Program-made: the position numbers and the translations under genes
Assembly (NCBI GenBank): GCA_965203265.1
Contig: CBDBBV010000002.1
Location: 1,362,773-1,426,772 of the forward strand
Source of the DNA: Candidatus Poriferihabitaceae bacterium
GTDB taxonomy: Bacteria > Pseudomonadota > Gammaproteobacteria > Arenicellales > Poriferihabitantaceae
Direction: 5' to 3'
DNA: 64,000 nt
Notes under the pieces: generated by a model
The model's input: only the letters and a program-made list of their open reading frames with translations
Database searches by the model: none
What the model was told of the DNA's origin: nothing
Part shown: one piece after another, positions 58,415 through 64,000 of the stretch
Position numbering within the stretch: the stretch's first letter is position 1
Layout of the letters: each line of letters starts with the position of its first letter

Positions 58415-59377
58415 CTACAACCCGAATTCGGCAAGATCGTCGATGCGGTGTTCCCATACCCAATCGATGCCTTCCGCGGCCTCATAGCCGAGATAACCGC
58501 TGTCGAAATATCCACACAGGAACAGGATGTAACGTACATCGTCACCAAATGTTCGTCGCAACAAACTCATCTTTTCGGCTTCTTCCTTTCGTCGCTTGTT
58601 TACGTTTGTAAAGTCTCCCGCCGACTTTGCCTCGATAAGCAACGGCAGTTCGCCTGCTTTCGCCGCCTTTGGCATCACCACCGTATCCACCGGCATATTG
58701 ACGAGTCTGGCGGCCCCATCCTGCTCTACCGGAACGTTGAGTCGATACGAATACGTCCCCGGCGCCATCTTGTCGTACTTCGCGCCTTCGCCCGCCGGTT
58801 GGTTTTCATATCCTCGGGCTGTCAACCAGCTGCCAATCGCATTCAGTTGACGCTTCTCCTGCGCGTTGCGGATGATCGGGTTGGCAACGGCACCGCAAAG
58901 GCGATCCGCCACAATCGTTGCCGCCCGATACCGTTCCTGTTCGGACGGATCGTCGCCGCGAGCCAGCCAAACAAAGACATCCGGATCGGCCATCCGCTCG
59001 ATGATTTTCCCGATCTTCTCAAGGTCTTCGTCGATCTCGCCTGCGGGCATTCGCGCAGGAAGCCTATTGTCTTTCTCCATTACCTTGACGAGGTTCCCCG
59101 ATACGCCTGCAAGCCCAATCAGCCGATCCACGGCCAAGGGTGGACAAGTGGACATGCGCAACGACGGCAACACCGAGGGGTTCGCCCGCAACAACGCCAC
59201 GCCCACATTCGTCAGGTTCATCGTCGATTCGAGTGTTGCCTCCACGTCCTGAGTGGTCTGCACCCGCGTTGTCCGGTATGCCTTCGGCGCAAATCGCATG
59301 AACCAGTCGTTGTACATGTCCACCGACTGCGCAATATCCCGTTTCCACTGATCCGGCTTATTCCGGTTGATCGCCAT
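58415..59377 (-). CDS. type II restriction endonuclease (resembles the XamI family from memory)
   Basis: Trimmed to MAINRNKPDQWKRDIAQSVDMYNDWFMRFAPKAYR; the ATG at 59377 lies 8 nt after GGGAG. It contains LLIEAKSAGDFTNVNKRRKEE (ExK). Before the tnpB insertion its stop lay 3 nt from the methylase ATG. Confidence 0.6.
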   Translation of the reverse strand: MAINRNKPDQWKRDIAQSVDMYNDWFMRFAPKAYRTTRVQTTQDVEATLESTMNLTNVGVALLRANPSVLPSLRMSTCPPLAVDRLIGLAGVSGNLVKVMEKDNRLPARMPAGEIDEDLEKIGKIIERMADPDVFVWLARGDDPSEQERYRAATIVADRLCGAVANPIIRNAQEKRQLNAIGSWLTARGYENQPAGEGAKYDKMAPGTYSYRLNVPVEQDGAARLVNMPVDTVVMPKAAKAGELPLLIEAKSAGDFTNVNKRRKEEAEKMSLLRRTFGDDVRYILFLCGYFDSGYLGYEAAEGIDWVWEHRIDDLAEFGL

Positions 59378-59603
59378 CACTGGAGCTCCCGCCTGAGCAA
59401 CCGACCGCGCGGCGATCGCCGGCAACGGACGATTTCCTTACACGGCTTTCCGGCGGCCTCGAGCCGATGCCCCCACGCGATGGCACAATCGAACATACTG
59501 CACAGTATCGCATGACTTCGGCTCGCGCCGCTCGATTTTCTACGCTGATCGAAGTTCGATCTTGCCTCCAAGTTGATTTTGCGCCGGTAGGTGGGGTAGC
59601 ATT

Positions 59604-59627
59604 CCGCAAATCCCGCAAATTGCGGGG
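59604..59627. promoter_or_regulatory. operator-like direct repeat plus palindrome in the divergent R-M control region
   Basis: CCGCAAAT (59604-59611) is followed by the 15-bp palindrome CCCGCAAATTGCGGG (59612-59626), ~45 nt upstream of the RHH gene. Confidence 0.3.
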
Positions 59628-59673
59628 TTTTGCCCGATTTTCGGGCGGTTATCTACTTACGGAGGTGGGCAAA

Positions 59674-59898
59674 ATGTTGACTGTTACCGTACCGAAAAAT
59701 CTCGAGAAGCAGATCAGGAAAATGGCCGAAGAGGTCGGGCGAACGCCGGAAGACTATGTTCGCGTGGTTTTGGCAGCCGGCTTGGAGGAGCTTGATGCGG
59801 TGCATGAGGCATTCAAGTCGTTCCAGCGAGTCCGGAGCGGAGAGGAAAGGACCTATACGAGAGAGGAAATGCGGGCTGAACTTGGGTTGGACGATTAG
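59674..59898 (+). CDS. ribbon-helix-helix (CopG/antitoxin-like) small protein
   Basis: ATG 6 nt after GGAGGTG. MLTVTVPKNLEKQIRKMAEEVGRTPEDYVRVVLAAGLEE has the beta-alpha-alpha pattern of RHH proteins. 74 aa. Confidence 0.6.
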   Translation: MLTVTVPKNLEKQIRKMAEEVGRTPEDYVRVVLAAGLEELDAVHEAFKSFQRVRSGEERTYTREEMRAELGLDD

Positions 59899-59989
59899 GT
59901 GTTCCGATGGGAATTGGGCATTATCACCGAGGGGGGTTCCGGCTGAAAGTGGCTAGAAAAAATGCGCTGAATGCACAGGCGGTGGACTC

Positions 59990-60865
59990 ATGAGCCTAGC
60001 CGCCGCCCTCACCGCAGTCCCGAAAACGCTTCCCCGATCCAACCGCTCGAATTCGCCGTTCCGCTATCCGGGCGGCAAGTTCTATGCGCGCAAGTTGATT
60101 CTCGACGAACTGCCGCCACACGATCTGTATTGCGAGCCGTTCGCTGGGGGAGCCAGCGTATTCTTTGCCAAGCAACCGGCGCGGGTTTCGTTCCTGAACG
60201 ATGCGGACGCGGAAGTGGTCAACACGCTGCGGCAAATCCGCGACAGGGTAGAAGATCTGATCGGATTATTGCACGGCATTGAAGCGACAAAAGAAAATCA
60301 CGCCTACTACAAGAACGAGTTCGAACCACGTTGCGGCCTCGAACGCGCTTTCCGATGGTTCTTTCTGAATCGCACATCCTATAGCGGCATCATGCGCCGG
60401 GAGAACTGCTACTGGGGTTACGGGCGCAAATACTCGATGTGCCCGGAGAACTGGCCGCCGCACCTGCGAACCGTGTCCGACAGGCTGCAAGGCGTGGAAC
60501 TCACCTGCATGGATTTCGAACTGGTGATCGACGCGCTGCCGAACGGCTGCTTCCTATTCATCGACCCGCCCTACTACGCCGCCGACCAGCAGAAATTCTA
60601 TTCATGCGCCTTTGCTGTGGAAGATCATCTGCGGTTGGTAGAGTGCCTCAAACGCAACAGCGAACGGCTACCCTTCCTGTTGACCTACGACGAACATCCG
60701 GATGTGAAACGGATGTACGCATGGGTTGAGTCGATCAACAATCGGCAATGGAACTACACCATCAACCGCACCGACGACCAGCGAAACGGATCAAAGCTGA
60801 AAGACGGTTTCCGCGGCGTTCGGGAGAAGGGAAGAGAACTGTTTATCAGGAACTACGATGTCTGA
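59990..60865 (+). CDS. alpha-class (Dam/D12-family) N6-adenine DNA methyltransferase
   Basis: Motifs FRYPGGK, CEPFAGGASVF and FLFIDPPYY. Confidence 0.85.
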   Translation: MSLAAALTAVPKTLPRSNRSNSPFRYPGGKFYARKLILDELPPHDLYCEPFAGGASVFFAKQPARVSFLNDADAEVVNTLRQIRDRVEDLIGLLHGIEATKENHAYYKNEFEPRCGLERAFRWFFLNRTSYSGIMRRENCYWGYGRKYSMCPENWPPHLRTVSDRLQGVELTCMDFELVIDALPNGCFLFIDPPYYAADQQKFYSCAFAVEDHLRLVECLKRNSERLPFLLTYDEHPDVKRMYAWVESINNRQWNYTINRTDDQRNGSKLKDGFRGVREKGRELFIRNYDV

Positions 60866-61583
60866 AAACGACGACGCCTTGCGGATCTACCGGAGCATTC
60901 GAGAATACTGCATCACCTACAACATCCCACAAGAAAACCTGCTCGATATACTGGAAGATCAAAAGGTAGTGCCGATGATTCGGGGCAAGGCGACCGAGTA
61001 CATCGGCGCGGCCGTTCTCAAGCAGGCCCTGGACCCCCGCGATTGGGACGTGCAGAAACTGAATCTCAACCCGCAACCGGGCATGTACGATGAAGATGTG
61101 GGCATCACCTACAAGCGCACCGGAGACAGGCTGAAAGCCGAGACCAAAAACGCAGTCCGTGCCAGCTTCCGCATGGCCACAAGACAGACGAAAGCGCCGC
61201 ACTTCAAGATCAAATGCCACAAATCGCGTAGCAATATCGAGAAGGCCACTACCACGAATGACCGCTATCTAGTCGGCGATTTCGACGTTCTGCTGGTAAA
61301 CGTGTCAAACGCGATTTTCCGAAGAAAGACGCTGGATCGAGGCTTGCCCCTGATCGAAGACTCCGCGCTGATTGCGTGGCTTCAAGCATTCTACAAGGCG
61401 CGATCAGAAGACGAGTTGCGCCAAGCCAGTTACAATGATTGGCGAGTTTGTCTGCCGGTAACAATCGCCCAAGAAGACGACACGATACCGCGCACCCCTA
61501 CCGTGTACATGGAAAACGATCCGAACTGGTTCGGCCTCGACCAGTTGGCGGCGAAACTTCGCACACTGATAAACGGTGGCTGA
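60858..61583 (+). CDS. probable cognate type II restriction endonuclease
   Basis: The start overlaps the methylase stop (gATGtcTGA). MYDEDVGITYKRTGDRLKAETKN gives a D...ExK arrangement. I recognise no family. Confidence 0.5.
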   Translation: MSENDDALRIYRSIREYCITYNIPQENLLDILEDQKVVPMIRGKATEYIGAAVLKQALDPRDWDVQKLNLNPQPGMYDEDVGITYKRTGDRLKAETKNAVRASFRMATRQTKAPHFKIKCHKSRSNIEKATTTNDRYLVGDFDVLLVNVSNAIFRRKTLDRGLPLIEDSALIAWLQAFYKARSEDELRQASYNDWRVCLPVTIAQEDDTIPRTPTVYMENDPNWFGLDQLAAKLRTLINGG

Positions 61584-61641
61584 TATGACGAGCAAATGGC
61601 GATTGTCATGATAGCGGTGGAACTTCGCGCCGCTCCCCCAC

Positions 61642-62292
61642 TCACCCCACCCCCAACCTCCCCATAACCGCCTCCACCACTACCTCGCTGGCGGTGGAAT
61701 TCACCGTGAGTAGCAAGTTTCGTTTTTCGTAGAAGCCGATTAGGGGGGCGGTTTTTTCCTGATAGGTTTGTAGGCGTTGGTCGATGGCGGTTTCGGTTTC
61801 GTCTTCGCGTTGGCGTATTGGGCTGCCGCATTTGTCGCAGATTCCTGCTTGCTTGGGGGGTTTGCTGCGGAGGTTGTAGATTTCCTGGCAGTCGCGGTTT
61901 TCGCAGGTTCGGCGGGTGGTCAGGCGGTCGAGGATCACAGATCGCGGCACCTCGATGTTCACCACCATATCGAGCACGATGCCCAGTCGGTCGAGCAGGC
62001 GCGCCAGCGATTTGGCTTGCGGGATGGTGCGGGGGAAGCCGTCCAGTAGGAAGCCGTTGTCGCAATCGGGTTGGCGTAGTCGTTGCTCCATCATCACCAT
62101 GATCAGTTCGTCCGGCACCAACTCCCCCCGGCGCATACATTCCTCGGCCTGCTTCCCCAGCGCATTGCCCGCGTCGACGGCGCCGCGCAGGATGTCGCCG
62201 GTGGAAATCTGCACGGCGCCGTGCGAGTCGGACAGTATCTTGGCGATGGTGCCCTTGCCCGCTCCCGGCGCGCCCAGCAGGATCAATTTCAT
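61642..62292 (-). CDS. adk: adenylate kinase
   Basis: MKLILLGAPGAGKGT, with the lid cysteines CENRDC...CDKCG. ATG at 62292 is preferred over the track's GTG at 62298. Confidence 0.9.
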   Translation of the reverse strand: MKLILLGAPGAGKGTIAKILSDSHGAVQISTGDILRGAVDAGNALGKQAEECMRRGELVPDELIMVMMEQRLRQPDCDNGFLLDGFPRTIPQAKSLARLLDRLGIVLDMVVNIEVPRSVILDRLTTRRTCENRDCQEIYNLRSKPPKQAGICDKCGSPIRQREDETETAIDQRLQTYQEKTAPLIGFYEKRNLLLTVNSTASEVVVEAVMGRLGVG

Positions 62293-62450
62293 GCTCACAA
62301 CCCCGCCCTCGCTCCAGCCTCCGCGAATTTCACGCTCACAACCCCGCCCTCGCTCTCGCCCCCGCGAATTTCATGCTCACAGCCCCGTCCTCGCTCCAGC
62401 CTCCGCGAATTTCATGCTCACAACCTCACCCCGCTCTCCCCGCCCCCGCG
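62285..62450. repeat. four tandem ~41-bp repeats reiterating the adk translation start
   Basis: Units start at 62285, 62326, 62367 and 62408 (the last is 43 nt and diverged). On the minus strand each carries GTGAGC(A/G)TGAAATT. Confidence 0.9.
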
Positions 62451-62451
62451 T

Positions 62452-62763
62452 CTAGGCGCGAATGCGAAAATCGCCGGAATCGGGCGCCTCGCTCGCCGCC
62501 GTTGCCGCCGTTACCGAAATTACCCGGGCCGACTCCGGCCCGATCCACAACCACTCCTCGAACGCCGCCAGATTGCCCTCCTCGCCGCGCGCCACCGCCT
62601 CGACCGTGCCATCCGGCAGGTTTCTCACCCAGCCGGATAAATCCAGCCTCTCGGCGCGGCACTTGGCGGCGTGGCGAAAACTCACCCCTTGCACCCGGCC
62701 ACTGACGACGAAATGCCGAGCGGCGATGTTGCCACGATTTGATTTCGCTTGCGTTTGATTCAC
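62452..62763 (-). CDS. acyP: acylphosphatase
   Basis: GTG start at 62763. VNQTQAKSNRGNIAARHFVVSGRVQGVSFRHAA...GWVRNLPDGTVEAV. 103 aa. Confidence 0.8.
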   Translation of the reverse strand: MNQTQAKSNRGNIAARHFVVSGRVQGVSFRHAAKCRAERLDLSGWVRNLPDGTVEAVARGEEGNLAAFEEWLWIGPESARVISVTAATAASEAPDSGDFRIRA

Positions 62764-62764
62764 T

Positions 62765-62912
62765 ACTGAACGGGAATGGGAACGGGAACAGGGAAATGGA
62801 AACAAAAATTCCCGTCGGTGGGCCCGGATATTCGCCGGGGCGGTTTGGCAATCCGGCTGTTGGGGGTTGCCGCGCCCCCGAAAGTGGGGGCGCGGGTGGG
62901 TGGTTTGGTTGT
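62765..62912 (+). ncRNA. weak candidate GGA-rich (Csr/Rsm-type) sRNA
   Basis: Five GGA motifs lie in 62772-62803 (GGGAATGGGAACGGGAACAGGGAAATGGAAAC), enclosed by GGGAAT/ATTCCC pairing, with a sixth at 62825-62827. The GC hairpin CGCGCCCCC-GAAAGT-GGGGGCGCG (62871-62894) is followed by GGTTTGGTTG. No convincing promoter was found. Confidence 0.2.
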
Positions 62913-62924
62913 GCCGTGGGGCGA

Positions 62925-64000
62925 TCAGAATCTCATCTCCCCCTTCAGCACCACGGCGTGGCTGGCATCCGAGTTGGTTTGCTCGCGCCGTTCTCCGTGC
63001 AGGCGCATGGTGAGCGGCCCGCCGGAAGTCCAATCCAGCCCGACTCGATAGCGTCGCGCATCCTCTTGCAGATTCATGCCGCCCCACGGGGTCAGCAGGC
63101 CGCCGCGCTCGCCGCTAGCCGACAGGCCGTAGCCGAGACGCGCTTCCAACCGCCCTTGCGGGTCGAAATTCTGCGTGGTGTCGGCAGCGTCTCGCATGCT
63201 CTGGGACCAGATTCGGCTGGTGTCGCCGACGCTCGTTTCGGCATTGCCGCCGTAGCCGGGGCGCAGGATGAAGGACAGGCCCTGACCGTCGGCGCCGGGG
63301 GACAGTTGCACCATGCCCGATATGCCCCATTCCTCGTAGTCGCTGCGGCCGACCAGCAGGTTCACCGAGGCGGACGCGCTCACTCTGGAGTGCGGGTTGT
63401 CGTAGCGCACGCTACCGCCGACTTCCGCACCGGTGCCGGTGTTGCCGTCGCCGCCGTCGTGGCGCACGCCGAGGGACAAGGACGGCGACCTCGATCCGCC
63501 GCCGGCCAAATGCTCGGTGCGGCTCGCCTGCATCGCCACTCTGAATAGGGTGGCGTTCACCGTCAGCGATTCGGGCATTTCGTCGTTTTCATCCACGGTC
63601 ATTTCGGTTGACATGACCTCGGCCTTGAGGCGTATATCGGAGTCGCCTTCGCTCCACACTTGGCCGCCGCCGCCCGCGCCCACGGTCCATAAACTCACAT
63701 CGCTCGATGCGGCCTCGCTACCTGCGGGGTTGACTTCCACCTCGCCGCTGCCGTAGCCGGCGGTCGCCCAGAAGTTGTTGTGCCCGGAATGCCAGCCGAA
63801 ATAGGGATGGATGCCGAGGATATCCACCTCGTAATCGCCGGTGGTGGTCGCGCCGGAGCCGCCGCTGTCCTCATAGTCCAGAGTGCCCTGACTCCACGAC
63901 AGGGCCGCGCCGGCCAATAGGTCGTTGCGCAATTTCGCGTCCACGCCGATTTGCGCGCCGAGCAGGTTGCCGTCGAATTCCACGCCCTCGCTCTCGCCGG
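62925..64000 (-). CDS. autotransporter beta-barrel domain protein, paralog of 25980..29165 (N-terminus beyond window)
   Basis: EFDGNLLGAQIGVDAKLRNDLLAGAALSWSQGTLDYED...VLKGEMRF is collinear with the C-terminal ~350 aa of the first autotransporter. The reading frame continues past nt 64000. Confidence 0.8.
   Translation of the reverse strand, partial: GESEGVEFDGNLLGAQIGVDAKLRNDLLAGAALSWSQGTLDYEDSGGSGATTTGDYEVDILGIHPYFGWHSGHNNFWATAGYGSGEVEVNPAGSEAASSDVSLWTVGAGGGGQVWSEGDSDIRLKAEVMSTEMTVDENDEMPESLTVNATLFRVAMQASRTEHLAGGGSRSPSLSLGVRHDGGDGNTGTGAEVGGSVRYDNPHSRVSASASVNLLVGRSDYEEWGISGMVQLSPGADGQGLSFILRPGYGGNAETSVGDTSRIWSQSMRDAADTTQNFDPQGRLEARLGYGLSASGERGGLLTPWGGMNLQEDARRYRVGLDWTSGGPLTMRLHGERREQTNSDASHAVVLKGEMRF

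Noticed and set aside
62285-62450. Regularly spaced repeats, considered as a possible CRISPR array
   Set aside because: The units are directly contiguous (41-bp period, no unique spacers), there are no cas genes in the window, and the units are copies of the adk start region.
1-64000. Search for tRNA, rRNA and tmRNA genes
   Set aside because: I saw no T-arm/GTTCGAATC-like cloverleaf candidates or rRNA-like segments in intergenic regions. This was a visual scan only; tRNAscan-SE/Infernal would be decisive.

Overview
High-GC (about 65% by eye) chromosomal segment. Its synteny is typical of Gammaproteobacteria: zapA-ssrS-ygfA, ygfB-pepP-ubiH-ubiI, miaB-ybeZ-ybeY-lnt, znuA/zur-znuCB, nadK-recN. 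Most of the window is housekeeping (recG, ridA, recQ, argD, ETF-QO, purL, gloB, mdh, mltD, acnB, bioY, fur, adk and others). Many long ORFs in the track are antisense shadows of these genes. Several small accessory insertions sit between core genes. (1) 2.2-5.6 kb holds a tandem array of units that each begin with an IS481-like terminal repeat: two small paralogous ORFs, one intact IS, one MITE. It also holds a higBA module bracketed by two diverged copies of the recQ 3' end. (2) 17.9-22.4 kb is a low-GC single-gene island encoding a 1520-aa GHKL-ATPase/DUF3883-nuclease-like protein. This is the best candidate for an uncharacterised defence-type function. (3) 34.8-36.6 kb is a type II R-M pair abutting a truncated IS end. 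(4) 55.6-61.6 kb holds two further R-M systems back to back. One is split by a tnpB element that has terminal inverted repeats and an 8-bp target duplication, and this element now supplies the methylase start codon. Other points are a G22 tract in the 5' region of a large autotransporter gene (likely an on/off frame switch), 41-bp tandem repeats that reiterate the adk start, a 6S RNA, and two candidate sRNAs or leaders. I found no rRNA, tRNA or CRISPR array. All calls come from reading the sequence and remembered family motifs; no searches were run.
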